DNA of 63,899 bases, filler included, from Octopus bimaculoides (lineage: Eukaryota): NCBI RefSeq assembly GCF_001194135.2. It is 10 parts of 8 records of this genome, joined end to end, with 100 filler letters (N's around TTAATTAATTAA, not from the genome) between each part and the next. Parts side by side here need not be neighbours in the genome. Positions count along the whole stretch, not along the records: positions 32,958 to 41,926 come from NC_069004.1; positions 42,027 to 44,209 come from NW_026420823.1; positions 44,310 to 45,708 come from NW_026357599.1; positions 45,809 to 49,708 come from NC_068983.1; 6 more parts are not named here. The stretch is one strand, 5' to 3'. The position numbers were made by a program, and so were the translations under genes. Under the pieces are notes generated by a model. It was not told where the DNA came from. It was given only the letters and a program-made list of their open reading frames with translations, and searched no databases. Positions 34,999-47,929 of the stretch are shown one piece after another (positions within the stretch are counted from its first letter, which is position 1; each line of letters opens with the position of its first letter).

Positions 34999-35153
34999 GA
35001 ACTTCTTTCAGTTTCTGTCTGCCAAATTCACTCAGAAGGTTTTGAGCGGACCGAGGATATAGTAGAAGGCATTTGCCCAAGGTGTCACACTGTGGCACTG
35101 AACCCGGAACCATGTTATTGGGAAGCAAGCTTAGCTTCTAACCACACAACCAC
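34755..35153 (-). mobile_element. tRNA-derived SINE family A
   Basis: Reverse complement of family A head, core and tail. Confidence 0.8.
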
Positions 35154-35733
35154 AATATGCATAAGCATATACAACGGGCTTCTTTCAGTTTCTGTCTGCT
35201 CAATTCGCTCACAAGGCTTTGGTCAGCACAGTCTGAGAGAGACCGATAGATACACAGAGAGACAGACAGACTGACAAACAGATAGATAGACAGACAAGCA
35301 GACACATACATACATAGGCGGATGGATGGACGGACGGACGGACGGACAGACAGACAGGCAGATGCTGCTTAAGATCACATTTACCATTGGTGGAATGCTT
35401 TATTTAGATTTAGAGACACAGACAGTTCTGCTTCTCACCAAATTGTTTGAAGTAAAGTGAGGAATTTTAGATTTGTTTACTCAGGTTAAATGTACCAATT
35501 CTAAGACTGACAGAAAGTGCCAGAATCCTTGTGATCTTTCAGTCATCAGCTGATGAAGAGAATAGTTTGGAGTAGAACAAGATGCATGCACAATATCTAT
35601 TTAAATTTTTTTATTTTTTATTTTATGTGTTTCAATCATTGGGCTGTGGCCATGCTGGGGCACCACTTCGAAGAGTTTCAGTCAAAGAGACTGACCCCAG
35701 TATTTATTTATTTTTTTAAAGTTCGGTATTTTA

Positions 35734-35907
35734 GGCGCAGGAGTGGCTGTGTGGTAAGTAGCTTGTTTACCAACCACATGGATCCAGGTTCATTCCCACT
35801 GCGTGGCACCTTGGGCAAGTGTCTTCTACTATAGCCTCGGACCGACCCAAAGCCTTGTGAGTGGATTTGGTAGACGGAAACTGAAAGAAGCCTGTTATAC
35901 ATATGTA

Positions 35908-35956
<49 letters not shown>

Positions 35957-36145
35957 ATATATATATATATATGGATGTGTTTGTGTATATGTTTGTGTAT
36001 CTGTGTTTGTCCCCCCAACATCGCTTGACAACCGATGGTAGTGTGTTTACGTCCCCGTAACTTAGCTGTTCAGCAAAAGAGACTGATAGAATAAGTACTA
36101 GTCTTACAAAGAATAAGTTCTGGGGTCGATTTGTTTGACTAAAGG
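35734..36145 (+). mobile_element. tRNA-derived SINE family A
   Basis: GGCGCAGGAGTGGCTGTGTGGTAAG head, core, internal (TA)n. Confidence 0.9.
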
Positions 36146-37612
36146 AGCCATGCAGTAGGACTGAACCTGGAACCATGTGGTTGGCGAGCACGCTTCTTAC
36201 CACACAGTCAAGCCTGCACCTATATATAGTTATAACTGTTATGATTTCTTGAACGTTGACTGATGAGGAATCAGCTCTGAATTTTCCATATGTTATGTTT
36301 TTGTCAAATTTTCTGCCTGTTATGTTTATATCAAATCCTTGAAATATTATTTATGTAATGCAGCACACTCCTTATATTATATATATATATATAGTTTATA
36401 GATGAGAGATGGATATTCTCTGTATAGAATACACTTCAAAGTGCTCAAGAGGTTAAGCTTGAGCAGATAGAGGGAGAAATGTAAATATAAACAAGTTAAC
36501 TTGCTTATCCTTACATTTACTCTTACACACACAAACACACACACACACACATACACACACACATACACACATACACACACACTTGTGTATATATACACGA
36601 TGGGATTCTTTCTGTTTTCATCTTCCATCTTCAAAATCCACTTACAAGGCATTGGTCAGTCTGGAGCTATCATAAAAGACACTTACACAAGACACCACAT
36701 GTTGGGACTGTACCTGAGACTATATGGTTGGAAAGCAAACTTCTCCAGCCATACAGCATATAATTCATACTCCATTATTCTCATGGTTTTAATGCCTATT
36801 TCTCCTAAGCTCATATATTTAGTTTCAAAAAAACAAACTGAATGGCTTCACCTCTTGACACACCAAAGAAGCCTTACTTTCACTCCGTAATATAAATGTA
36901 TGGCTTGGTTAAGATGAAGACAAAAGTACGCCTGGCCTTGTATGCATCCTAAAAAATGGTAAGACTGACGCCGTTTACACAATGTAAAAGTTCATGACTG
37001 GAAGAGTATTCCTGACGGTTTAACATTCTGGTTGAGGATGGATTGGCTATAATGGTCAGTGTGGGTCCCAGGGTGGCTGGGAGGTCATCCACAATGTGGG
37101 TTATAAGTGAACAGTAGATGGGTGTGTGAGGTGTGCTTGGGTAGATGACACACAGCCATGATTGTGCCTGTTAGATGTCTTAATCACACAGCGATGACTG
37201 TGCCTGTTAAAATTATCATAGTCATTAATTAATATTATTAAATTTATTATCATTTTATTCCAAAGATATTCGAACTAAATGTGTTGTTTTCGTCATTATT
37301 ATTATAATTATTATTTTTAATAATCTATCTGCTCGTTCATCCATTTTCTCTGCCCACTGTTTTCTGGGAGAGTCACTGGGGTGGAATCCTCGGGTACTTC
37401 CTCCACAGAGTATTATCAGGAGGAACCTGTCATTACACCCTCCAGCTGGATTCCCAAACTTGACCAACTGAGATTATTGCTGTCATCCGAGCATCTCATT
37501 CTTGGTGTGCAGCTAGGTCTCTCGCTAGTTGGCTTTGCTTGAAGAATTCATCTTGCAACCCTTTCCAAGGAGATTCTAATCAAATGCCCACAGAATGTAT
37601 ATCGCCATCATC

Positions 37613-37644
<32 letters not shown>

Positions 37645-38964
37645 TTGGCATCTGCTTTCCATGCTGGCATGGATAGGACAGTTTGACAGGAGCTGGCAAA
37701 GCTGGAGAGCTACACTGGACCCCAGTTGTCTGTTTTGGCATCGTTTTTATGATAGTAGTGACAAAATTGATAGACAAAGGTGATACCACTTATAGAACAG
37801 GTGTTGTAGTCTGTTGGTAAGTGAGATTTCCCCTTTTGAAAAGAAATACAAATTACACACAGTAAGTCTTCCTACGAATCAAAGTTAAAGATGGGAGATA
37901 ATGATGATGGTGATGACGAAACTAAAGAGTGGTTGGCAGGACAGCTAGATGCCCTTCCTAATGCCAACCACTCCAAGAATGTACTGGGTGCTTTCTACAT
38001 GCCACCAGCATGGGAGCCAGTCATGGGGCACTGGTATCAACCACATTTGGATGGTGCTTTTTACGTGCCACCGGCACAAGAACCGGTCAGGGGTCACTGG
38101 CATTGACCACATTTGGATGGTGTCAGGTGGCACTGGCATTGAGCACTCCTTTCTATGATAGGCACAACGCCTGGAATTTCTGAGGGAGGGGGTCTAGTCG
38201 ATTACATCAACCCCAGTGCTCTACTGTTACCTGATTTATTGATCCTAAAAGGGTGTGAATGACAAAGTCGACCTTGATAGGAATTGAACTCAGAACATAA
38301 AGCCTGATGAAATGCAATTAAGCATATTACCTAGCATTCTAACAATTCTGCCAGCTCACTGCGAACAGCGATGGTGATGACGATGATGACAATAATGATG
38401 GTTATGAGATTTCTTTATTTTGATAAGAGTTAATTAACAAAAACTCTTTAATTAATTTAGCAAAGTTAAATAACAATTATTCCTGGAATGTGCAAACTTT
38501 GAGAAAATGAAGAATTCTAAAAATATTTCAAGCATTTTTTGGGCTTTTTTTTTTCTTTTTTTATTTCAAATTTTTTTCTTTCCTTTTCTTTTATGAAGTG
38601 CATGTCTGTCTGTGAGTCCAAAACTTGTAGAAGTTTTATAATAATAATTATAGTTATTTCCAATTTTGTGACACAACGGCAACTTGGGGGGAAGTGGGGA
38701 TTTGTCAATTACATCAACCCCAGTGTTCAACTGGTACTTATTTTATCGAACCCCAAAAGGATGAAAGGCAAAGTCAACCTTGGCAGAATTTGAATTCAGA
38801 ACGTATTGACGGGCGAAATACCACTTAGCATTTCGTCCGGCGTGCTATTAAATTTGACAAGCCATCTGGTTCACCAGTCCTCAGTCAAATCGTCCAACCC
38901 ATGCTAGCATGGAAAGCGGACGCTAAGCGATGACGATGATAATGATGATGATGAAAGTTATTTA

Positions 38965-39116
38965 GGCGCAGGAGTGGCTGTGTGGTAAGTAGCTTGCTTA
39001 CCAACCACATGGTTCCGGGTTCAGTCCCACTGCGAGACATCTTCTACTATAGCCTCGGGTCGACCAAAGCCTTGTGAGTGGATTTGGTAGACGGAAACTG
39101 AAAGAAGCCCGTCATA

Positions 39117-39195
<79 letters not shown>

Positions 39196-39414
39196 GTGTG
39201 TGTTTGTGTGTCTGTGTTTGTCCCCCTAGCATTGCTTGACAAACGATGCTGGTGTGTTTATGTTCATGTCACTTAGCGGTTTGGCAAAAGAGACCGATAG
39301 AATAAGTACTAGGCTTACAAAGAATAAGTCCCGGGGTCGATTTGCTCGACTATAAAGGCGGTGCTCCAGCATGGCCGCAGTCAAATGACTGAAACAAGTA
39401 AAAGAGTAAAGAGT
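38965..39414 (+). mobile_element. tRNA-derived SINE family A (small internal deletion)
   Basis: Head, long internal (TA)n, complete tail. Confidence 0.9.
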
Positions 39415-39526
39415 TGTATTTCCTTCTCAGATCCATTTCCTAACATAAATTTATATCAAAGCTCAAAATGGTATCTTGTATGAATTTATTTCAACATCCT
39501 TCTTTTTTCTTCTTCTTCCTTTTCAG

Positions 39527-40345
39527 TACGTAAGACAAAACATTCCTGGACGAGGATGTCAAATGGAAGACTTTGAGACTCAATTTAGAGGCTGCACATG
39601 TGAGCAAGTCATCTGCAAACCAAGCAGTTGTTCTTGTATACAGATATCTGGCGGCGCTGCATACACAGAAGACCAAAGAATTCAACAGCAATATTTTCCT
39701 TCCACAGTAACATCATCTGAATCAGAACTCTCTTCACCAATTTATGAATGTCACCAAGATTGTTCTTGCAGTTCCAACTGCTCCAACCAATTAGTTCAGC
39801 ATGGCATTCGCTTCAAAACAGAAGTATTTTCAGCCTCACCTGACAAAGGGTTCGGCTTGCGTACTTTAGAATTTATTCCCAGAGGTTCCTTCGTTAGTGA
39901 GTACGCCGGCGAAGTCATTAGTGATAACGAAGCCAAACAGCGTACGAGTTTGATTGAACAGCAAACTCAAATGAACTACATTCTTGTCTTGAAAGAACAT
40001 TACGGAGATAAACTTGTACAAACTTGTGTCGATCCAACTTATTTCGGTAATATCAGCAGATTTATGAACCATTCTTGTGAACCAAACTTATGGATGACGG
40101 CAGTGAGGGTTTCAAATGCCGTACCAAAGTTAAGCCTCTTTGCACTCCGGGATGTAAATTCTGGGGAAGAACTCTCGTTTCATTATGGCGGTCATGGAAC
40201 AAACTCCATAAAACAAAAACAAAATACAGATGCTGAAAACAAAAGCAGCAGCAGTAGTAGTAGTAGTAGTAAATTGAAACCCTGCAAATGTGGTGCTGTA
40301 ACTTGTTGTGGTTACTTACCATTTGACGAAACCCTTTTTCACTGA
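39527..40345 (+). CDS. SETMAR: SETMAR/set-23-like histone-lysine N-methyltransferase, SET-domain exon (pre-SET, SET, post-SET); upstream exon not found
   Basis: Strong polypyrimidine acceptor ttttcag|TAC; GCTC..C..SSCSC, ECHQDCSCSSNCSN, KGFGLRTLEFIP, EYAGEV, VDPTYFGNISRFMNHSCEPN, CKCGAVTCCGYLPFD; TGA at 40343-40345. Confidence 0.9.
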   Translation, partial: YVRQNIPGRGCQMEDFETQFRGCTCEQVICKPSSCSCIQISGGAAYTEDQRIQQQYFPSTVTSSESELSSPIYECHQDCSCSSNCSNQLVQHGIRFKTEVFSASPDKGFGLRTLEFIPRGSFVSEYAGEVISDNEAKQRTSLIEQQTQMNYILVLKEHYGDKLVQTCVDPTYFGNISRFMNHSCEPNLWMTAVRVSNAVPKLSLFALRDVNSGEELSFHYGGHGTNSIKQKQNTDAENKSSSSSSSSSKLKPCKCGAVTCCGYLPFDETLFH

Positions 40346-40389
40346 AGTCAGCCCCTTTTTTTTTGTTTCTTTTCTGCAATATAACCTGT

Positions 40390-40421
<32 letters not shown>

Positions 40422-40985
40422 NNNNNNNNNNNNNNNNNNNNNNNNNNNNNNNNNNNNNNNNNNNNNNNNNNNNNNNNNNNNNNNNNNNNNNNNNNNNNNN
40501 NNNNNNNNNNNNNNNNNNNNNNNNNNNNNNNNNNNNNNNNNNNNNNNNNNNNNNNNNNNNNNNNNNNNNNNNNNNNNNNNNNNNNNNNNNNNNNNNNNNN
40601 NNNNNNNNNNNNNNNNNNNNNNNNNNNNNNNNNNNNNNNNNNNNNNNNNNNNNNNNNNNNNNNNNNNNNNNNNNNNNNNNNNNNNNNNNNNNNNNNNNNN
40701 NNNNNNNNNNNNNNNNNNNNNNNNNNNNNNNNNNNNNNNNNNNNNNNNNNNNNNNNNNNNNNNNNNNNNNNNNNNNNNNNNNNNNNNNNNNNNNNNNNNN
40801 NNNNNNNNNNNNNNNNNNNNNNNNNNNNNNNNNNNNNNNNNNNNNNNNNNNNNNNNNNNNNNNNNNNNNNNNNNNNNNNNNNNNNNNNNNNNNNNNNNNN
40901 NNNNNNNNNNNNNNNNNNNNNNNNNNNNNNNNNNNNNNNNNNNNNNNNNNNNNNNNNNNNNNNNNNNNNNNNNNNNNNNNNNNNN

Positions 40986-41275
40986 GTGGATTTGGTAGAC
41001 GGAAACTGAGAGAAGCCCGTCGCATATATGTATATATATATGTATATGTATGTGTGTTTGTGTGTCTGTGTTTGTCCCCCCCCAGCATCGCTTGACAACC
41101 AATGGTGGTGTGTTTACGTCCCTGTAACTTAGCGGTTCAGCAAAAGAGACTGATAAGATAAGTACTAGGCTTCCAAAGAATAAGTCCTGGGGTTGATTTG
41201 CTCGAATAAAGGCGGTGCTCCAGCATGGCCGCAGTCAAATGACTGAAACAAGTAAAAGAAAATAAAAGTAAAAGA
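40986..41275 (+). mobile_element. tRNA-derived SINE family A, 3' half
   Basis: Core end and tail after gap. Confidence 0.85.
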
Positions 41276-41811
41276 AAAGATATTTCTGTTGAAAGAGTTT
41301 TTATTTCAATTAATTTTGAAAATGAAAAAGAAATCAGCAAAATAACTGATTCTTGGAACATAAGCTGATACAATATTTTGATAGAATGCTTTAATGCCGA
41401 TCCCTTTACTCAGGAAGTTTTTATCACAGAATTAGGAGTGATCTGAGATGGTTTGGAGTCAGGAAGGGTTAAGTAAAAAAAAAATCTAGAGTAGAACACT
41501 GTTGGAATTTCTAGAATGCCAGTTGGAGTGATGTCTTTCTCTGATATAAAGATGTTAAAGAAAAAAAATGGTGAGGAATGAAGAAATCATTCAAGTGAAA
41601 TAATGATTAAGTTTAAAGGAAAGAAGGCAGCCAACACGTAATGGGGGTGAGCATTGGGTTACAGATTAGAGAAATAATGATTGGGCATATTTTTCAAGGC
41701 AGATTAGAAATAAGGGAGACTGTACATGCTTGTTTACATCTATCGTGATGTCAAGACAAGGAGATACAAACAGACATAACCACTCACACACATACCTATC
41801 TATCTATTGAT

Positions 41812-41843
<32 letters not shown>

Positions 41844-41869
41844 TTATATATATAAATAGATTTATATAT

Positions 41870-41926
<57 letters not shown>

Positions 41927-42208
41927 NNNNNNNNNNNNNNNNNNNNNNNNNNNNNNNNNNNNNNNNNNNNTTAATTAATTAANNNNNNNNNNNNNNNNNN
42001 NNNNNNNNNNNNNNNNNNNNNNNNNNAACAAATTACACACGCAAACACCCAAACCGCTGCAAAGCAGCACAAAAACAAAAACTATTCAAAAATCACCACG
42101 TATTAACTTCACGGTGACGAAATACCGCAAAGCATTTCGCTCGGCGTGCTAACGTTCCTGTCAGCCCGCCGCCTTAAGTATGTGTGTGAATGTATGTATG
42201 TATGTATG

Positions 42209-42240
<32 letters not shown>

Positions 42241-43283
42241 CACATACAAACGTACAGTTATATTGAAATAACTAAATACAATAAAACAGATCTAATTACG
42301 TAAAAAAAATTCGTGAATGCACGCAGAAATTCACGAAGAAATGTAACAATATCTCTGATGAGGCGGCCTGCTTTAAGTTCTGTTTGGCTGGATGGTATAC
42401 TAAAGAGCTGTTAGGATAAATTAATAATTACATTTGTTCTGTTTGCCTGATTGGGCAGGTACGACGACGATCTCGGGGCGNNNNNNNNNNNNNNNNNNNN
42501 NNNNNNNNNNNNNNNNNNNNNNNNNNNNNNNNNNNNNNNNNNNNNNNNNNNNNNNNNNNNNNNNNNNNNNNNNNNNNNNNNNNNNNNNNNNNNNNNNNNN
42601 NNNNNNNNNNNNNNNNNNNNNNNNNNNNNNNNNNNNNNNNNNNNNNNNNNNNNNNNNNNNNNNNNNNNNNNNNNNNNNNNNNNNNNNNNNNNNNNNNNNN
42701 NNNNNNNNNNNNNNNNNNNNNNNNNNNNNNNNNNNNNNNNNNNNNNNNNNNNNNNNNNNNNNNNNNNNNNNNNNNNNNNNNNNNNNNNNNNNNNNNNNNN
42801 NNNNNNNNNNNNNNNNNNNNNNNNNNNNNNNNNNNNNNNNNNNNNNNNNNNNNNNNNNNNNNNNNNNNNNNNNNNNNNNNNNNNNNNNNNNNNNNNNNNN
42901 NNNNNNNNNNNNNNNNNNNNNNNNNNNNNNNNNNNNNNNNNNNNNNNNNNNNNNNNNNNNNNNNNNNNNNNNNNNNNNNNNNNNNNNNNNNNNNNNNNNN
43001 NNNNNNNNNNNNNNNNNNNNNNNNNNNNNNNNNNNNNNNNNNNNNNNNNNNNNNNNNNNNNNNNNNNNNNNNNNNNNNNNNNNNNNNNNNNNNNNNNNNN
43101 NNNNNNNNNNNNNNNNNNNNNNNNNNNNNNNNNNNNNNNNNNNNNNNNNNNNNNNNNNNNNNNNNNNNNNNNNNNNNNNNNNNNNNNNNNNNNNNNNNNN
43201 NNNNNNNNNNNNNNNNNNNNNNNNNNNNNNNNNNNNNNNNNNNNNNNNNNNNNNNNNNNNNNNNNNNNNNNNNNNNNNNNNNA

Positions 43284-43467
43284 TTGGGAATTTTTTGTAT
43301 TATTTCGTATTTTTTGTAAATACCCCAAACGTTTTGCGATGTTTTTTTTCATCATTGTCCCCACTTTTGTTTTTTTTCTGCTTTGTTTTCGGCCCCCTCG
43401 AAAAGAAAAACTCTACATTTGTATTTTGTCCCCTCTGTGTTGAGCCCTGTGTGGCTAATAAAGAAAC

Positions 43468-43512
<45 letters not shown>
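43284..43512 (+). mobile_element. 3' UTR of Tx1/L1-like LINE with (CTAT)n tail
   Basis: Near-identical inverted copy at ~47930-48140, which lies downstream of the minus-strand ORF2 fragment; aataaag then (CTAT)n. Confidence 0.7.
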
Positions 43513-43514
<2 letters not shown>

Positions 43515-44309
43515 CATTTCACACTCACTTTCTCTTCATTTCTCTCTCTCACTGTATTTCTCTCTCAACAGCAACTTTTTCTCGTCCTCTTCTCAAAATA
43601 CTTTGTGATGTGTTATCTCTTCTTTTGATTATTCCACTTTTGATTCCCCTCCCCCCTTACCTCTCTCGAAACAGATTTTGTTATGGACAGACAGATCGAG
43701 ATCAGCTTCTATTTTATGATATAAGATTGCTTATTTACCTCCTTGTAATACGTTTGACAGATATCATGTGATTAAAAGTTTAAGGAAATAAAAGATGACC
43801 AGACGATAGTTAATTGCTTTAAAGCGTATGCATTAAGTGCGGGAATTTTCAAAACCAAAAATATGGAAACAAACTACACTGCACGCTGTCCAACTACCAC
43901 CGAGGCTTAGTGTAATTTACCAGTAGAATATATTTTCATTTCACTTCAATTCATCTATCTATCTATTTGTATATCGGGCGCTCACCTACCTACCTACCTA
44001 CCTACCTACCTACCTACCTACCTACCTATATACATACATACATACATACATACATACACACATACCTCACTACCTATAAGCCTGCCTGCCGGCATGTCTG
44101 TCTGAGTAGGGAGCATATCCACATTCCCTTCTGCCGACGTGTGTATTTATCTCTTTTACACTCTTTTACTTGTTTTAGTCATTTGACTGTGGCCATGCTG
44201 GAGCACCACNNNNNNNNNNNNNNNNNNNNNNNNNNNNNNNNNNNNNNNNNNNNTTAATTAATTAANNNNNNNNNNNNNNNNNNNNNNNNNNNNNNNNNNN
44301 NNNNNNNNN

Positions 44310-44466
44310 TCCAATGAATCCGGGAACAGGTGGGGGGCTTTTTCTGAACCAAAATAAGGGATTTGCAGCATATTAGGATGTCAGAATACTTGATTCCACG
44401 CAAAAAAATCCTAGTGTCTTTTTTTCCTTAGTGAAAATTGTGCTGGTGTTACTCTGAAAAATTGCC
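44310..44466 (+). mobile_element. Second copy of the 24315-24961 foldback arm
   Basis: Aligns to 24803-24960 and similarity stops at the same terminus (ctctgaaaaattRcc). Confidence 0.75.
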
Positions 44467-45808
44467 GTTTTCGATGACGGAAATTCTGAATATGCCAAAA
44501 CTATTTTCTCAAAATTTTAAATTCCCCACTCCCCATCCCAAATTTTAAAATTTTAACCTTTTTTCGAATTTNNNNNNNNNNNNNNNNNNNNNNNNNNNNN
44601 NNNNNNNNNNNNNNNNNNNNNNNNNNNNNNNNNNNNNNNNNNNNTGTGAGGAAACTCCAAAATTGATTCGTACTCCCACTCGCCACTGCATCCCGCTGTC
44701 TAAAACTGAAAAGGAACGGCTTGTGTGCGAATGAACAGAGAAAATATGCTAGAATTAACAGCCAAATCTCACAAAACTGCGATAACAATGAAAGAAATAT
44801 TGTAATCAATCTACTTACCTCTCTGCAAAGGTTTCTTTCAGAGTAATTTCTCGCATTAATATGACAAAGTGAAATGAAAGTGTTCNNNNNNNNNNNNNNN
44901 NNNNNNNNNNNNNNNNNNNNNNNNNNNNNNNNNNNNNNNNNNNNNNNNNNNNNNNNNNNNNNNNNNNNNNNNNNNNNNNNNNNNNNNNNNNNNNNNNNNN
45001 NNNNNNNNNNNNNNNNNNNNNNNNNNNNNNNNNNNNNNNNNNNNNNNNNNNNNNNNNNNNNNNNNNNNNNNNNNNNNNNNNNNNNNNNNNNNNNNNNNNN
45101 NNNNNNNNNNNNNNNNNNNNNNNNNNNNNNNNNNNNNNNNNNNNNNNNNNNNNNNNNNNNTTTTTTCCAGAATTGGAATCTCCATGGCTGAAAACGTGGG
45201 ATTCCATAAAAACATTTTTTTTTCTAAAGGGGCAGAGGGGTCTGTTTACGTCTCTGCCATGTGCGCCGGAAAGTTCGGATCAATTGCTGGTTCAGTGAAT
45301 TTACCGAATGCTGTCGCTTTCGAGCAGAAGACGAAAGATTGCCCTACCACACTACAAGTGAAAGAATCACGCTAATATTTATTCACATTTAATTTACACG
45401 TTTAAATTTGAAGACTTTATACAACAGCATGGCTCTTTGTAACTCTTCCAACATCACTCTAAATGAAGACGTATCCCGTTCCTACGGCAAGGATGATGCT
45501 TCTGTTGCATTNNNNNNNNNNNNNNNNNNNCTGCTGTGTACACGAGATTGTCCGAACTGCAATGCCCCGTCCATTTTGCGTCAAGGGACAAACATGGTGC
45601 TGCCATAAAGCGATGCAATGACGTGGACGGTCGATAAGGGAACGTGGATATTCCATATTTACATCTAAGGGCACCTTTCTGGAAGGCGTCCATCTTCTGC
45701 CTTTTGCTNNNNNNNNNNNNNNNNNNNNNNNNNNNNNNNNNNNNNNNNNNNNTTAATTAATTAANNNNNNNNNNNNNNNNNNNNNNNNNNNNNNNNNNNN
45801 NNNNNNNN

Positions 45809-45849
<41 letters not shown>

Positions 45850-46073
45850 GTCTGTGTATATGTATATGCGTGTATGTGTTTGTGTGTATCTGTGTTTGTA
45901 CCCCACTATAGCTTGATCGCTGTTTACGTCCTCGTAACTTAGCTGTTTGGCAAAACACACCGATAGAATAAATCCCGGGTTCCATTTCTTCCACTAAACG
46001 AGATGCTCGAGTATGGCTGCAGTCACATGACCGAAACAAGTAAAACAATAAAGATAATAATTTTTCGTTTTAA

Positions 46074-46101
46074 CCCGAGCAACGCCGGGTATCTCTACTA
46101 G
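46074..46101 (+). mobile_element. Isolated Helitron-type 3' end
   Basis: CCCGAGCAACGCCGGG hairpin followed by CTAG|T. Confidence 0.55.
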
Positions 46102-46116
46102 TATATATATACAGTA

Positions 46117-46147
<31 letters not shown>

Positions 46148-46319
46148 TTACACACACATGCTCGCATATTCGTCCACTCACCTATACAATTATATGTAAA
46201 CACTATAAATATCACAACTTACTCATATATACATTCCCACATATACACCCTCTCTGATAAACATCATGGTAGCTTTCTCGTATACGTGCTAAACCATTTC
46301 CAGAAAGAATCATTGAGAT

Positions 46320-46560
46320 GAGTCAAAGTTAATGCAATGTGAATCCCTTGTATGACTCTTGAACCCGGTGAAAGGTTGCGCATTCTATTACATAATGCAC
46401 AGCTGTGCTGGTTGGCAGAGGGAACAGGTGTCACTGTATGAACTCTTTCGACATGTCTTTTCGTTCCTCCAACTGAGAGGCCCACCTTTCCACATGTTGT
46501 ACATGTTCTGTTGTGAACAATAGCCATTCACGATTTACCATGGGTCAATTCCTGTGAGTT
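46320..46560 (-). mobile_element. Degenerate C2H2-like zinc fingers, probably an RTE-type LINE C-terminus
   Basis: CTTCGKVGLSVGGTKRHVERVH and CALCNR...(frameshift)TGFKSHTR; no splice sites seen. Confidence 0.45.
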
Positions 46561-46855
46561 CTCTGATGGCTGACCAGCTTCACACGACTCAAGCACCACC
46601 TCTCACAAATCACACACACACACACACAAAAGACCCCCTCTTATTCTGCCTACAGCTGTGTCTCTAGGCACACGCACACACAAACACACACACGCACACA
46701 TATATATATATATGTATATGTGTGTGTATAGAGAGAGATATATATAAAGAGAGAGGCACACACATACTTGTGTGTATATGTGTGTTTGTGTGCATGTGTG
46801 TGCGCGTGTATATATTCGTGTGAATGTATGTGCTTATATGCATATATATATATAT

Positions 46856-47450
46856 GGCTGTGTGGTAAGTAGCTTGCTTCCCAACCACATAGTTCCGGGT
46901 TCAGTCCAACTGCGTGGCATCTTGGGCAAGTGCCTTCTACTATAGCCTCGGGCCGACCAAAGCCTTGTGAGTGGATTTGGTAGACGGAAACTGAAAGAAG
47001 TCCGTCGTATATATGTATATATATGTATGTGTTTGTATGTCTGTGTTTGTCCCCCCCCCCTCCCCAGCATCGCTTGACAACCGATGCTGGTGTGTTCACG
47101 TCCCCGTAACTTAGCGGTTCGGCAAAAAGTGACCCGATAGAATAAGTNNNNNNNNNNAAAGCCTTGTGAGTGGATTTGGTAGACGGAAACTGAAAGAAGT
47201 CCGTCGTATATATGTATATATATGTATGTGTTTGTATGTCTGTGTTTGTCCCCCCCCCCTCCCCAGCATCGCTTGACAACCGATGCTGGTGTGTTCACGT
47301 CCCCGTAACTTAGCGGTTCGGCAAAAAGTGACCCGATAGAATAAGTACTAGGCTTACAAAGAATAAGTCATGGGGTCGATTTGATTCGTCTAAAGGCGGT
47401 GCTCCAGCATGGCCGCAGTCAAATGACTGAAACAAGTAAATGAGTAAAAG
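46856..47450 (+). mobile_element. tRNA-derived SINE family A (middle duplicated across a 10-N gap)
   Basis: Head at 46856, tail ending 47450. Confidence 0.85.
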
Positions 47451-47929
47451 ACTATATGTTCGTATTTGACCGTATGTAGTATCGATCACTACATTCTATG
47501 GATGTAATCAGGAGCGTAAGTGTCCGAAGACCTGTGTTTTCGAACAATTCTATTATATCTCTGACCGCTACTTACATTCTCTTCACACAGAAGTCATCTT
47601 ACGAAAGTAACCAATGACTGAACCATGATGAACTGTAACCAACCGCGCTATTATTCAGAAGCTTTATATGAGGTAAATAATATATAAACGAATAAACACA
47701 CAAAAAATGTTCAATTACTTTACATTAATGTAGCAATGCGTTTCATTTTTCTCTTTTGCTCAGCCCATTAAACCTATATATCATATTGTGTTTCTTATTA
47801 GAGCGCGTTTGTTTGGATAAGGTCTCGTATGTATTATTCAGATTTTAAGTAGTTTATCAAAAATTGTAACGTAAATATTTCAGACTCTATTTACCCTATA
47901 TTCGTATTTATGAGTAGATGATAGACAGG

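Noticed and set aside
37255-37590. Possible ancient RTE fragment on the minus strand (also 45400-45708)
   Set aside because: Motifs (PRKQW; KMDAFQ..LR) are too degenerate for a confident call.
40345-41800. Possible SET-mariner (primate SETMAR-like) fusion
   Set aside because: SET frame ends in TGA, no transposase sequence follows, and nearest mariner remnants are >12 kb away; the 40422-40985 gap is unseen but short.
46959-47347. Exact ~190-bp tandem duplication inside a SINE
   Set aside because: Copies are identical and separated by a 10-N gap; most likely an unmerged contig overlap.
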